Shown here piece after piece: positions 10,611-22,668 of a stretch of 64,000 nucleotides of DNA. Each line of letters starts with the position of its first letter. The stretch's first letter is position 1. Origin of the DNA: Corallochytrium limacisporum Hawaii (taxonomy: Eukaryota; Protista; Pluriformea). A program made the position numbers and the translations under genes. A model generated the notes under the pieces. It was given only the letters and a program-made list of their open reading frames with translations. It did not search any database and had not been told where the DNA came from. The stretch is from positions 62,001-126,000 of the forward strand of contig PDIP01000035.1 in assembly GCA_002811645.1 (NCBI GenBank). The letters are read 5' to 3'.

Positions 10611-11687
10611 TCAGTTTTCGTCAATCCAGTGCTCTGTGTACTTTCCCTTCACCAAGGCCACCCGGTCCGTTTCTTCCTGCATCTTTGTCTGTGCCAGTTC
10701 ACACAAGGTAGGAGCATCAAACTGGCCCGCGTCATCACAGATCTTGATAATGGAGTAGAAGATGTGGGCATGGCCACCGCCCAGCCACGAGTCCAGAGGC
10801 CATGCATCATCCTGTCCGAGCATAACGCACCCGTAGAGAGCCAGCTTGTTATCCACAGCGACTTGGAAGCTACCGCGACGGAACATCTGCAGCTTTTCCG
10901 GAGTCGGATTCAGCTGTCCCTCGGGGAAGCAAGCCAGAATACCTCCATTGGCAACGTGCTTCTCAACGTCTTTCATTACGTTGGCCTGGGCCTTCTTATC
11001 AACCGAGAAATCACCCTGCTTTTTGCCACTGAAATGTACAGCAAAATGTCCGATATTCTTGCACAAAGTGCCAAATACAGGCACTTTAAATAGAGACGCT
11101 TTGAGCAGGACCTTGAGCCACTGTGCCTGTGGTCCCGGGCACAGTGCAGGGAAGATGATACCGTCGATCTCAGAGCAGTGGTTCATAACAATCATGGAGG
11201 GATGGTCAAGCATATCAAAGCTGCCACTGACTTTGGTGACTCTGATCCACGGGGCAGACCATAAAAGACTCACCATAAAGGAAATGTGGGTCCACCACAC
11301 GGAGAAGCGATGCTTGTTTCGCAGCTCAATACCCGGAATCATGTGGAATAGAGAGGAGACAATGGTAGCAGAAAGCACACCCAAGAACATACTGAACATC
11401 CACCAGACACGGAACAAGAGATTGAGGTACTGCACCCAGATCGGGTCCTGGTTGTCTGTTACCGGGATGAATCGCTTGAGAATCATGCCCTTGTCATCAA
11501 TATAATCAGAGCGCTTGAATCCCTTGCGATAGTACTTTTGGATACGGCGGACTTCCTTCTTTACCGCTTCTTCATTCTTGGTCACTTTATCGTAATCGAC
11601 CATGCTGGCTACATCTTCTGCGACTTGTTCCGCCGACATGCGTCGGTAGTCGGCCGCACCGTTGGCCTTGCCAGGTCTGAGGCTCAT
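10611..11687 (-). CDS. 1-acylglycerol-3-phosphate O-acyltransferase (PlsC family)
   Basis: NHxxxxD (NHCSEID), FPEG and FRRGSF motifs, with N-terminal TM helices. Confidence 0.88.
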   Translation of the reverse strand: MSLRPGKANGAADYRRMSAEQVAEDVASMVDYDKVTKNEEAVKKEVRRIQKYYRKGFKRSDYIDDKGMILKRFIPVTDNQDPIWVQYLNLLFRVWWMFSMFLGVLSATIVSSLFHMIPGIELRNKHRFSVWWTHISFMVSLLWSAPWIRVTKVSGSFDMLDHPSMIVMNHCSEIDGIIFPALCPGPQAQWLKVLLKASLFKVPVFGTLCKNIGHFAVHFSGKKQGDFSVDKKAQANVMKDVEKHVANGGILACFPEGQLNPTPEKLQMFRRGSFQVAVDNKLALYGCVMLGQDDAWPLDSWLGGGHAHIFYSIIKICDDAGQFDAPTLCELAQTKMQEETDRVALVKGKYTEHWIDEN

Positions 11688-12957
11688 TGGGCTTGGATTC
11701 TAGTTGTACTTTCTTCTCTAGATCCTTTCTCTCTGTAGGCCATACGCCACAGCACATAGTTTTGGGGCGATTTCCCTCTCGAAACCCGCACTATCCCCAC
11801 GGAAACACCTGGACGGCTACGCCGGTGTCCTCCGCTGCAACTGGCAACCCAAGGGTCTGCAGAGAACCAAGGGTTGCACGACATGAGGCCATCACACTCT
11901 GGGATCCCAGGGCTTTCATTGCCAAAGCTGTGTTCCGCAGACATGCAACCGCCGCCGCTCTATATCGGGGAGAAGTGAAGTGCGCCGTAGTGAATCGCTC
12001 CCGACCACTGCACACATGAAAGATCTAAATGGGTCAAATTTCACAACAACCCCTACACCTGCGCCCAAAATCCCCATACTTTTATTATCTCCCAACGGCC
12101 ATGAGGATGGGCCAATCATGGAGAACAGTACCCTAAACCGTACTGGGCACGGGCCCAACTGACCACGTACTTTGTAAGATCACACAATGGTGTGGAACCG
12201 GGTACAAAGTGCGTGGCGGTGAGGTGTGCAGAAACGCTTCGCAAAAAAAAAAAGAAAATGGACCGTAAGAACAGCCTGTCCTCCCCCACCGTCCCGTGTC
12301 GCCGTTTAGAAATCAAGGATGCTTTTTGCACCTCACGGTTCTCATTTTCTCTTTGTGTCGTACACACCGCTGACGGCTGATTCCTCGGGTGTCCACCCTT
12401 TTGTAACACCCACTCCCAGAGCTGCAGTTAATTTTTTCAGCCTCGGCAGCAGTATCCGTCGGGTGATCAAAAGTGGACCAGGGGGACAAGAAGGGAGCGA
12501 AGGAACTAAGAGAGCGCTGGGGAAACTGCGCAGACTCAGAAATATGCGATAAGTATAAACTATGCCAGTATGTTTACTGGGAAACACCCCGGTACGGAAT
12601 GAACACGGACCTATTGCGCTGTTTCCAATCGTTGGCTTGGTTGCGTCCACAACCAGCTCTCCGTTGGGCTCGTTCCCCTTGCCATCGCCAGCACCGTTCG
12701 CCCGACCCGCCCCAAAAAAGTTTAAGCGGGGACACGGGAGGGCCCGCCCCTGCAATTAAGATATTTTATATACCGATAGTATGAAAATCCTGAATTTGAT
12801 GGTAATATAAATACAACCAATTGGCTTCCATTTGCGGCCCTCAGGATCAAGGGTTGGTGGCCTACTACAAGGACTCTTTCCTGTAAAATTGAGGGAATCC
12901 GAATGTAGATATTGAATAACAATAACGAGCGGCGCCGAATGTACCAATAAAGACGCG

Positions 12958-12977
12958 CCCCCCCCCCCGGGGGGGGG
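12958..12977. promoter_or_regulatory. C11G9 palindrome in the divergent spacer between the acyltransferase and STK36
   Basis: Seen directly in the sequence. A regulatory role is inferred only from recurrence in promoter-side spacers. Confidence 0.45.
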
Positions 12978-13233
12978 AGGGGAAGGGGCCCAGTCCGCAA
13001 CGCTCGGTCCCTACAGCGTATTTTCGTTCTTCGCTCCATCATCCATCGTCTCCGGGGACTTTTGGGATCAGTGAGAGATCCCGCAGGCGGGAGAGGCACT
13101 GCTGTGAACCAATGGCGGCTATCCAGGGAACAGCTAGACCCAGGAATACAGAGGTACTTGACAATACTAAGCTCTTGTGGCGTTTGGATCCTGCAGTGTG
13201 TGCAACCTTGCTGTCTTGTGTAGTATATCGCAG

Positions 13234-13250
13234 ACACACACACACACACA
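13234..13250. repeat. (AC)8 microsatellite
   Basis: acacacacacacacaca just upstream of STK36. Confidence 0.9.
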
Positions 13251-13308
13251 TAGAGCAATGATAGACTAGGGACGCGACACCTGCAGAGGAAACTGCATTG
13301 TGTACACT

Positions 13309-16300
13309 ATGTCGGGTGTTGTACCGATCCCTCCCAAGCTTCGGGACTCGGCCCGGATGCCCCAAATTGGAAGCAGGAGAGATTCTTTTTCACGCTTTAC
13401 CAAGCAGGACAACACTGACGATGATCGGTTGGATGAGTTCAAGATCGTCGCATTTATTGGAGCTGGTAACTTTGGCAAGGTCTACAAGGCAAGGTATCGA
13501 GGGAGCGGTGGTTTAGTCGCCATTAAGACAATTGAGAAAGAAGGAAAAGGTGAAAAGGACATATCTGCTCTGCGCAGGGAAATTGAAATTATGGAGGTCC
13601 TTCGCCACCCCAATATCCTCCCGCTACGGGATCACTTTGAGACCCAGAACATGATATGTGTTGTCACAGAGTACAAAGTAGGAGAACTCAGCGATATTTT
13701 GGAAGATGACAAAACCCTTGATCTGCCAATCATTCAGAAGATGGCTCGTCAATTGGTGAGTGCACTTCACTACCTTCATCAGAATCGGATCATTCACAGG
13801 GACCTAAAACCACAGAACATCTTGGTCGGTGACCACGGAAGCGTATGTATTTGCGATTTTGGATTTGCTCGCTTCATGACTGTAGAAAGTATGGTCATGA
13901 CTTCTATCAAAGGGACTCCACTGTATATGGCACCGGAAATCGTCAAAGAGGCACCGTATGATCATACAGCTGACATTTGGTCACTGGGTTGCATTATCTA
14001 TGAAGCAGCTGTGGGACAACCCCCTTTTCAGACAAAGAATCTCTTCCATTTGGTGGGAATGATCATGAAGAATCCCATCAGATACCCCAAGGATATGGAC
14101 ACCGGGCTCCGGGATTTTCTGAAAGCAATTTTGAAGAAGGATAGGGCAAAACGTATGGAATGGCCTGCACTGCTTCACCATCCCTTTGTCATGGAGGCCC
14201 ATGAACCTCACGGTGTCAATAGTCACAAGGAAGCCCCTGTAGTTGAGGTCAAGTGTGACGGTGGACGGAGAATATCTCTGGCCACTATTGCACCTATTAC
14301 AACAGTGGACATCCGTATACCTACCGAGCAGGTGGACAGCGATGGAGGTAGTGTCGAAGATTTGTTGGAGAAGCCATTAACACCGACAGTGGAAGTTGAG
14401 GAGCAACCACTTCGACTAACGCCAATGAGCCTTCAAGGCTCAGGCTCTGGTAGGCCTCTGGATGAGCAACTCCAACGGAGGGGCAGCCGACTGGTTTACA
14501 TGGCAGGCTCGGACATTCCCCGAGAAGATGACCTCAAGACTGTCGACTTTGATGACCAATTCATGAAAAACCGCCACAATCTTGAGGGGCTTCACGTCCC
14601 GACATCGAACAGTCGTCTTGATTGGACAGTCTTTGAACGGTCTATGTCTCTTGGTCTGCAAGCAGGTGTATACGATCCCAAGGCCCTCATTGACCCAACC
14701 GTATGGAACAATCGCTTCAAGGAAGTCATTGCTGCAGCAAGCAATGAGACTGCGTCTAATTGGTATTCCAATGTCTGTGTAGCCAGTCTTGCCCTTCAGA
14801 TTCAAATGAAGTTCATTGGATTGAACAATGTCGATGATATTGCAGACATCGAAGATGGTATGATTGCAACCTTGGAATTCCAGGCTCACGTCACAGATCT
14901 GTTGAAGATATTTAATTATGAGGAAGAAGACAACATTCGCAACCTCATGATGCTTAGCGAACTCTTCTTCATGTGTAGCAGCTGCCTTAATTCCTATATA
15001 ATGGCGATTTGTCGCCTGCAGAAGAAAGGGGATGGAACCTTCTCAGCCAGGGAGCCTTTCCGGCACATCCTGTCGTCGCTGGTGAGGATAGGTATGGACG
15101 TTTTACGGCCTTCGTATCCACTGGACCCTGTAATTGTACATGCCTTCCTGGGCAACATGTCGGAAGTCTTGAAATTTTGCGAAAACGACAAGACCCTATG
15201 GAGTCGTTTCTACAAGTCTGTTCAAGCTCCTGGCTTCTGTGAACGCCTTGTACTGTTTTCAGAGAAGTCTATTGATGTAACCGGACGAACTTTTGAAAGC
15301 ATCATGGCTCACCTGACTCGGGTATTCTATTCCATCTTGCTTCCTATGAATATGGACTTCATGGATGATACAGCCCGGGACGGATACATGGCAACGTACA
15401 AGAGAATCGTCACAGCCATGGACAATCATCCGGAGAACTGTTTGGCGAACTTTGCATTCCGATCCCTAGAACTCCACAGTTTCCCCACGGGAACGATGGT
15501 GCTTGGAACCATTCTGTCCGGACCTATTGATGCGCCCATGGCTAGAAAGTATTTTTTGCGCAAGAATTTGGTAGAGCCTTTGCTGTTTCAGACCTTCAAG
15601 TTTGATGACCCGATGGCCTCAATGATGCTAGTCCTGATCGCTTCAGTCCTCACACCCAACCTGAAGCCATGGGATCAGAACTATTCAGTCCCGCAGGACA
15701 TCACTGACATGGAGGCCACAACGCAGACGCATCTTCTTCTGGGTCCAATCATCCAGCGGAGAAACTCCTGGAGTTATCGGAAGTGTGCTTACGGTGCTCT
15801 CGCAGCTGTGTTCGCGTTTGAAGCACATGATAATTGGACCGATGTTGCTGGTTTGATCATGCAGAGCGACGATCTCAGCCATGCCATTCGCGCAGAGATA
15901 GATGATATCGCCTCTGGAGTTGCCGTTTCCGACATGGATGATCCCCGAGAGAGAGCCGCCGATGCAATCTTTAGCACTGGTGCTGACCCAGTTGTGTTTT
16001 TCATTTACTACGGTCTTCTACGTGGTGGTGACGTTCAGGGGGAGCGCGTGTCAGCAGACAGTGAGTTGTTGCACTGTGTGATTGACCTTGTGCACAAAGC
16101 CCCAGAGGAAGGTCTGATTAGTGACAGTGGCCATGCAGCTGCACTGGGTGCTCTGGCGATCCTGCTCTCTCAGGTCAATCGCAAGTTTCATCAATGCCAA
16201 GAATGGGAAGAGCTTTGCACGTTTATCACTGAGGAAATCGAGGCGTCTTGCTTGGACGCACTTCTTGATGATCCAGATAGGAGTGATGAAGCTGCGTTCA

Positions 16301-17298
16301 AACTTGAACAGATGATCACCATTTTGAATTCTGGCTACATTGGGCGGGAGACTCCAGCTGAACGAGGCGGTAGTTTGAAGTCGCCGTTGAAGCCATCACT
16401 TCTGCCAACCATCATGGCCCTGATGCGGAAGTCGACAAGAGTAAGCACAATGGAGATCGGCATCTCATTCTTGGCCAATACTAGTATTGCAGATCCAGAG
16501 ATGCAGAAAGAATTTGTCAAGTTGCTGCGCACTGACCGCGAGGCTCGAGATGATATCACAATCTATCTGATCCCCACCGCGCCTGCGGCCGTCATCATTG
16601 ACCTTCTTTCATGCTTCAGTAGCATCGCGAGAAAGGAAACGGACGGACAGGATTTGCTGATGATGATGGACATTGTTGGGCTTCTTCGACCATTCTTGGA
16701 TAGCAACGATCCCATCATCCTTGCCAAGGTTTGCAACCTGATTGGCAATCTATGCAAGCGGAACGATATGTTCTACTCCAAGCTGAAGGAAATGGAATGC
16801 ATTGGTCCTCTTGGCAATCTTTTGAATCATGTGGACGACGGGGTTCGCCAGGCTGCTTCCCTTGCATTGGGCAATGCTGCGTACCATAGTGCAGAGCTGC
16901 ATCCGCTTGTTCTTCCCTTTGTCCAGCAGCTCGTTCACTTGGTCCTCCATGACACTCATAGCAAGGTTGTTGCGAACGCTGCAGGTGCACTGGGGAACTT
17001 GGTGCGTTTTGACAGCAGCATGGTAGGTCAGCTTATCGACATGGAGGCCGTGGATGCTCTGTTGGAGTGCATTACTTCCCCGGGATCCACAGGTACGTGT
17101 CGCCAGGTTGCTTTGTTTGCGATTGGCAACATATGCACGTACGAAGAAGGGAGAAAATACTGTGCAACCAAAGGACTCCCTAAGGAATTCCTACGTGACC
17201 ATCATAACCTGTTTTCAGAGAAAGATCTCACGTACTACAGCCGCATTGTCGGCAAATACGAGAACTCACCTGATCGGAACCCCGGAGCAGGTGTATAG
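13309..17298 (+). CDS. STK36: Fused/STK36 serine-threonine kinase with C-terminal ARM/HEAT repeats
   Basis: IGAGNFGKVYK, LRREIEIM, HRDLKPQN, CDFGFAR and TSIKGTPLYMAPE. C-terminal CNLIGNLCK, ALGNAAYHS and NAAGALGNLVR are characteristic of STK36/TIO. First ATG at 13309; the ORF is uninterrupted. Confidence 0.93.
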   Translation: MSGVVPIPPKLRDSARMPQIGSRRDSFSRFTKQDNTDDDRLDEFKIVAFIGAGNFGKVYKARYRGSGGLVAIKTIEKEGKGEKDISALRREIEIMEVLRHPNILPLRDHFETQNMICVVTEYKVGELSDILEDDKTLDLPIIQKMARQLVSALHYLHQNRIIHRDLKPQNILVGDHGSVCICDFGFARFMTVESMVMTSIKGTPLYMAPEIVKEAPYDHTADIWSLGCIIYEAAVGQPPFQTKNLFHLVGMIMKNPIRYPKDMDTGLRDFLKAILKKDRAKRMEWPALLHHPFVMEAHEPHGVNSHKEAPVVEVKCDGGRRISLATIAPITTVDIRIPTEQVDSDGGSVEDLLEKPLTPTVEVEEQPLRLTPMSLQGSGSGRPLDEQLQRRGSRLVYMAGSDIPREDDLKTVDFDDQFMKNRHNLEGLHVPTSNSRLDWTVFERSMSLGLQAGVYDPKALIDPTVWNNRFKEVIAAASNETASNWYSNVCVASLALQIQMKFIGLNNVDDIADIEDGMIATLEFQAHVTDLLKIFNYEEEDNIRNLMMLSELFFMCSSCLNSYIMAICRLQKKGDGTFSAREPFRHILSSLVRIGMDVLRPSYPLDPVIVHAFLGNMSEVLKFCENDKTLWSRFYKSVQAPGFCERLVLFSEKSIDVTGRTFESIMAHLTRVFYSILLPMNMDFMDDTARDGYMATYKRIVTAMDNHPENCLANFAFRSLELHSFPTGTMVLGTILSGPIDAPMARKYFLRKNLVEPLLFQTFKFDDPMASMMLVLIASVLTPNLKPWDQNYSVPQDITDMEATTQTHLLLGPIIQRRNSWSYRKCAYGALAAVFAFEAHDNWTDVAGLIMQSDDLSHAIRAEIDDIASGVAVSDMDDPRERAADAIFSTGADPVVFFIYYGLLRGGDVQGERVSADSELLHCVIDLVHKAPEEGLISDSGHAAALGALAILLSQVNRKFHQCQEWEELCTFITEEIEASCLDALLDDPDRSDEAAFKLEQMITILNSGYIGRETPAERGGSLKSPLKPSLLPTIMALMRKSTRVSTMEIGISFLANTSIADPEMQKEFVKLLRTDREARDDITIYLIPTAPAAVIIDLLSCFSSIARKETDGQDLLMMMDIVGLLRPFLDSNDPIILAKVCNLIGNLCKRNDMFYSKLKEMECIGPLGNLLNHVDDGVRQAASLALGNAAYHSAELHPLVLPFVQQLVHLVLHDTHSKVVANAAGALGNLVRFDSSMVGQLIDMEAVDALLECITSPGSTGTCRQVALFAIGNICTYEEGRKYCATKGLPKEFLRDHHNLFSEKDLTYYSRIVGKYENSPDRNPGAGV

Positions 17299-17987
17299 TA
17301 GACACATCCCATTTGAATTGTGGATAAATGAACGATATAGTATATCCAATAGTTACATAAATGCAAAGTGTCTTCCATTCACGTCCACTATCCGACGAAA
17401 ACTGCGAAAGTTTTTGCTCTCATGTTGCACCGCACCAAGTCTGGGGATAATGATGTTTCAGCAGAAGAACTGAGCGCACTCAGAAGACTTACTGTGAGTT
17501 GCTCCCCCGCCCTGGCCGTTTGCTTTCTCTCATCTTTACCCTTCCGTTCTCCCGCCCGACTCTGTATTTCAGCCAATCACGGCCCGGTCCCCAGACCTCT
17601 CTCCCGTGTACCCCCTCCCGACAAAAGGGGCACGCTTCTGAGAAGGGCCGGCAAAGGGGTGGCCAGTTCGATGGGAAAGCACTTTTTGGCGGCAGTTGAA
17701 CATTGATTTTCTATGGCATAAATTTCCTTCCTTTTCCGGCACCACTTTGGGAACTCTCATACACGTTGGCTCCCACTGGGAGGCATCGGGAAGCAGTGGC
17801 TTTCTCTGGGAACAAAGAGAGTACACCGTTTTGGGGACCCCTTTGGTGTGACAGATTGGAGGTCATGTGAGTTTGTGGCGCCAGCCGTGTGCAGTGGGTT
17901 TCGAAGTCTGGGTACTTGGAACCAGAAAATTGACAGAGGTTACACCAACGGCCTCCACAATCTTCAAAGTTCATATTGTATAACCAA

Positions 17988-19294
17988 ATGGGAACAAACG
18001 AAATGACAGCCACTGTGTTTACGTGCGTGGCACCGGTGAATATCGCCGTTATCAAGTACTGGGGCAAGCGTGACACCGAGCTCATTTTGCCACTCAACGA
18101 ATCGCTGAGTGGTACTCTGGATGAAAATGTGCTACACTCGAAGACTTCCGTTCTTGCGGGCCCAGATCTTAAGGAAGATCGCATGTGGCTGAATGGTAAA
18201 GAGGAGGACATCAATGCAAAGCGGACACAGAACTGCTTGAAGGCTCTGAGAGAGCTTGCCAAAGATCAGGGACTGGCCTCTGCAGAGTACAATGTGCACA
18301 TTGTCTCTAGCAATAACTTCCCCACGGCCGCTGGCTTGGCCTCGTCTGCGTCTGGCTTTGCCTGTCTAGTGTTTAGCCTGGCGAAGGCCCTCGGTGTCAA
18401 GGCTCGGCGGGATGAACTGTCATTGTTGGCTCGGCGGGGCTCTGGATCTGCCTGCCGGTCCCTGCACGGAGGATGGGTGAAGTGGGAACGGGGTACTAAA
18501 GCTGATGGATCTGACAGTATTGCCGTTCAGACTGCACCAGCGTCAGCGTGGCCAGAGATGGAAGTTGTTATTCTGGTTGTGGACGCGGGCAAGAAGGCGG
18601 TGAGCAGCACCAGCGGCATGCAGCGATCAGTTGAAACCAGTCCTCTTCTTGATTTCCGGGCCAAGAACACAGTCACTCCAAACTGCGAAAAGATGGAAAA
18701 GGCCATTTTGGAGAAGGATTTCTCAACCTTTGCGAAGGTCACTATGCAGGAGAGCAACCAATTCCATGCATGCTGCCTGGACACTCTACCTCCCATCGTC
18801 TACATGAACGACACATCCCATCTTATTGTAAAGATCATTCATCACTTGCAGGACCGCCTGGGGCAACCGATCGCTGCTTACACTTACGATGCAGGTCCGA
18901 ATGCGGTACTGTACCTGGAGCGTAAACATGTACCACTGGTGATGTCGGTTGTCGAGAAGTGCTTCTTTGAAAATCGGGAAGATATGACCTCGAAGTACAC
19001 GGGTCTGGAATCGTTGCACACCATTCTATCGGAAGGTGGTGACCTTGACAGCGATCTTGTCGCAAGTCTAGAACCCTTTAGAGCAAGCACAGAGAGCCGG
19101 ATCTCTCGTGTGATCCACAGCAAGGTAAGTACGATAGCCACAACTATGCGAGCAATTGGTGGGAATGGTGCACTAACTTATGACTCTATGTTTCTACTTC
19201 TTTACATTTTCTACAGATCGGTGATGGGCCACGTCAACTGGATGATCCTAAGGAACATCTTATGGATGCTAATGGTATGCCACTGTCATCATAA
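17988..19294 (+). CDS. MVD: Diphosphomevalonate decarboxylase; exons 17988-19124 and 19217-19294
   Basis: APVNIAVIKYWGKRD, NNFPTAAGLASSASG, GSGSACRS and AYTYDAGPNA. Removing the intron restores the C-terminus IGDGPRQLDDPKEHLMDANGMP. Confidence 0.95.
19125..19216 (+). other. Spliceosomal intron in MVD (92 nt)
   Basis: GTAAGT donor, CACTAAC at 19171, pyrimidine tract, and TACAG acceptor. Splicing restores the conserved reading frame. Confidence 0.9.
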
Positions 19295-19338
19295 ACGACT
19301 TCTCAAGCTAACGTTGAGATTGAACCTCCTTCTTGCTA

Positions 19339-20484
19339 TCATTGTCGTGAAGTTTTCTTTTTCTTTAACAACATTCGTTCCAATTCCTGACGCTCCATCT
19401 CCATGTCCTCCTCGTCTTCGCGGATACCAATTCGTGTACTGATCTTCTCTTCCCGTTCTACATCCGCAAATCGGGCTTCCATATCACGGTCGTCCAGGTG
19501 AGCATCTCGGAACTGACGGGGATCATAGCCAGTCATTGCCCGGAGCTCCGCACGCCAGTCGTCGTCAGCATTACCACTTCCGCCAGCTGGAGCACGGCCC
19601 CTGGGCGCCGGCTCTTCCTCGTAGTAATCATCTTCTTCCTCATAATAGTCTCCTTCGCCCTCGTCATAATAGTCATCTTCGTACCCATTGTCTTCCTCGT
19701 AGTAATCTTCTCGAGGTCGCATGTCTCTACGAGGTGGAGGTTGCATACGCCCTCCGCGACCAGCAGGACCCCTACGTGGTGGTCCACGACCTGATTGAGG
19801 GCGGTCCCGGCCTCGAACAGGCGACCGGCCAGGCGGCCTTGCTCCGCGTCCAACAGCACCCGGCACGGAAGGTCGACCACGACCTGCTACGGGTCGTCGG
19901 AATCTTTCCATAGTAACTTGACGCATGCGCGCACGATCAACCGGTGCTTTGCTGATATCAGCCCCAGGCCGGCTAGGTCCAGGACGAGCAGGTCCCTTCG
20001 CAGCCTTCATCTGCTCTTGCTTCTTACGCTCCAATTCTTTAGCCACAGTTTTAGCTTTACCCGTTGAGCCATATTTCCACCGTGCCATACGCTCAGCGGA
20101 AGACATTTTGGGCGGGGTCCTTCCTTGGTTAAGACGAGTTTTCCTAGCCGCGCTACTCGTACCCTTAGCTGTAGATAATTTCTTATCGATATTTCCAGTT
20201 GATCTAGGTTTTGCCTTTTTAGCAGCAGCCTGTTTTGCCCGCTGTTGTTCCAGCCGCAGGGCATTTTGCTGTTTCTGCTTTGCTCGACGCTCCTGGATAG
20301 CCTTTCTTTCTTTCTCAACTTTCTTGAAGAATTCCGCTCTCGATTTTTCGCGATCCGCCTGCTCCTTAGCATTCTCCGCTTGTCTTTTCTTTGCTTCAGC
20401 CTCTTTTTCTTTCCTTGCGTGATCTAACTCTTTCTGCTGTTCGGCCGCAGCCTTGAGCATCCGCTGGTATTCGTCGTCTCCCAT
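19339..20484 (-). CDS. SPT2: SPT2 chromatin protein / histone chaperone
   Basis: Charged coiled-coil and RG-rich body. C-terminal GYDPRQF..DMEARFADVEREEKISTRIGIRED matches the SPT2 domain. Confidence 0.85.
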   Translation of the reverse strand: MGDDEYQRMLKAAAEQQKELDHARKEKEAEAKKRQAENAKEQADREKSRAEFFKKVEKERKAIQERRAKQKQQNALRLEQQRAKQAAAKKAKPRSTGNIDKKLSTAKGTSSAARKTRLNQGRTPPKMSSAERMARWKYGSTGKAKTVAKELERKKQEQMKAAKGPARPGPSRPGADISKAPVDRARMRQVTMERFRRPVAGRGRPSVPGAVGRGARPPGRSPVRGRDRPQSGRGPPRRGPAGRGGRMQPPPRRDMRPREDYYEEDNGYEDDYYDEGEGDYYEEEDDYYEEEPAPRGRAPAGGSGNADDDWRAELRAMTGYDPRQFRDAHLDDRDMEARFADVEREEKISTRIGIREDEEDMEMERQELERMLLKKKKTSRQ

Positions 20485-21012
20485 GACTTACGGATTTCTG
20501 TTCCTATGCCCTTTCAAAGGCGTTTTTGGCTGCATTCACGTGGCCATCATATATTCTTATGGCTCTTCAGAACCATTCAAGTCATTCTTTGATCCTACTT
20601 TTCGGTCAAGTTATATACAGTCTCAACACGCCACGGTTGTTAACTAGCTTCCGACATAACGCCGCCAGCGGTAGCAAGTCAGCAGGAAAATGATTCAAAA
20701 TGTGGGGGAACCAGTACGAAAGCAAGAGCACCCGGCGTCTATGGTGTTTGCCACCTCCCCCTCCTATCACTGGGGGCTGTGGAATAGGGGTCCGGCACTC
20801 CATTGCCTTTTCCTCCCGCCGTTCCGGCCGGCACAGCATTCGGAGAACGCGGTATCAGTCCTAACCCGCTGAGGACTTCATTGGCAGTGGGTGCCAAATC
20901 CAGGTGCTTATGATGCAAACCTGGATATCTAGGATTTAGTTCTTTCGTAAACATTACAAATATGACATGGTTGGAATAACATAGGCAGAATGTACTCATT
21001 GACGGAAATATC

Positions 21013-22437
21013 ATGAGCTTACTCGACGACATTTCTGGCATCGCCGAAGCCGAATTACAGAATGAAACCGGCGTACTTACACTGCGGCACTTTGTGGGCC
21101 GCAGAGAAATGGCAATTTCCAGCGAACACGTTGACGAAGAATTAGTGAACAGAGCTCTGAATAACCTTTCTAACGGTTTGAAGCAAGCGGAACTGGATCC
21201 GGAAGTCGAGGCCGATATTTGGACTGCCGTTCGGATCATCATTCGCACACGAAAGGCACTGGCTTGCTTAGAGGGCTTGGTACCTTTCATGGTTTCGCGT
21301 GTTCTCGACAATCGCAAGCAATACAAAGAAGTCTCTCTCTCTGCCACGAAAGGCCTCTATAACCTAGTACAGGTCTCACAGGCTGTGGCAAAGGGACGAG
21401 CACACCAAGAGTTCCTTGAAAGTGCCATGGACACCATCACTATAGAGGATCCTGCGCAAGTGTCCGAACGTGATCATCTGCTTGTGAAAATTTTATTTGT
21501 ACTCACTGTACAGGGTCCTCTTGTAGCAAAGGAGGCTATCAATGGGGGTTACTTTGCGTTCTGGAAAGGAACAGCCAGTGCCACGTTGGTCGATGCCGAG
21601 CCGGGCCGCTTTGGCTATGTCGTGGACGATTACTTGAAGCTAGCATACAATGTATTCAGTTTCGTAAAGACAAATGATTCCTCTATGCAAATGGAGGAGG
21701 ATGCAGCAGTTCCGTTGCGACGGTTTGTCCTTGAGACAGAGGACAGAAAGTACAATACGACACTAAACACGGTGAATATTTCTGTTGCAGTCCTGCTTGC
21801 GCTGAAGGAGATCAGCACCTGGGTTCTCGATGATGCTGAGCGAAAGAATCTAGTTGAACTTTGTGACAGAGTATGTCGCTACGGGGCGTCAGATGACTGT
21901 TCTTACGTCCTCACAGTCATGTCACAGTGGATGGTAGTCGATGAAGCTCTGCGCATCATGATCGCCGGCAAAGTCTTCGAGCCTCTGCATGCGGGAGGCA
22001 ATGCGTTTCGGCCAGAGGATGGGGATGGGTTTGGTGCAATTCTGGTACGATATCTCAAAGACCCTGATAGCTCCCTCGTTGCTGCCAGCGGACGATTTTT
22101 GTCAGAGATGCACAAGAGGAATTATGCAAGACTAGTAAATCACATCGGAATGGGAAATGCAGCTGGCTTTCTGACACAAACGGGCATGTTTGGAGGAGAT
22201 CTTCCGGGAGACGAGGGCGAAGACCTTGGAGATGGATACGTCTGGCGTGATGTCGATGTGATCACAGGGACCACGGCTATCGACAGTGAGGAAAACCCCT
22301 TTGCCGACATGACAGAGGAAGAGCAGGAGCGAGAGGCAGAGAAACTTGCTATGCAACTTCAGCGATTGAATGAGCTGGGCATCATCAAGGTAAACTTAGA
22401 GACTGACAGTGAGCCAGCGCCACCTTCCGGTAGATAA
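21013..22437 (+). CDS. RIC8: Ric-8 (synembryn) G-alpha chaperone/GEF
   Basis: C-terminal GMGNAAGFL..G, VDVITG and MTEEEQEREAEKL...RLNELGII are the Ric8 signature. Confidence 0.88.
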   Translation: MSLLDDISGIAEAELQNETGVLTLRHFVGRREMAISSEHVDEELVNRALNNLSNGLKQAELDPEVEADIWTAVRIIIRTRKALACLEGLVPFMVSRVLDNRKQYKEVSLSATKGLYNLVQVSQAVAKGRAHQEFLESAMDTITIEDPAQVSERDHLLVKILFVLTVQGPLVAKEAINGGYFAFWKGTASATLVDAEPGRFGYVVDDYLKLAYNVFSFVKTNDSSMQMEEDAAVPLRRFVLETEDRKYNTTLNTVNISVAVLLALKEISTWVLDDAERKNLVELCDRVCRYGASDDCSYVLTVMSQWMVVDEALRIMIAGKVFEPLHAGGNAFRPEDGDGFGAILVRYLKDPDSSLVAASGRFLSEMHKRNYARLVNHIGMGNAAGFLTQTGMFGGDLPGDEGEDLGDGYVWRDVDVITGTTAIDSEENPFADMTEEEQEREAEKLAMQLQRLNELGIIKVNLETDSEPAPPSGR

Positions 22438-22668
22438 CAAATGTATCATACAATGAGGATGATATATTTCCATGTAAATATGTAATATGGTGTTATAAAA
22501 ACTTAATGATGCTTCTGTGAATTCTGAACGTGTCCCATATGGTGCTCAAAGAAAAGGACCCGATGCAGGTAGTACACAATCATGATAATGGGACCGACAA
22601 GATTCGTTTGACTACAACAACTTATTCAACCCGGTCCCCATGCTCTGATATTCTCTACAATTCAGGAT

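Noticed and set aside
13115-13135. RFX X-box-like sequence upstream of STK36 (and of other ciliary genes)
   Set aside because: The match is too degenerate to support by eye.
19125-19442. Long hydrophobic C-terminus of the 488-aa MVD ORF
   Set aside because: It is read-through into a clear intron; splicing restores the conserved MVD end at 19294.
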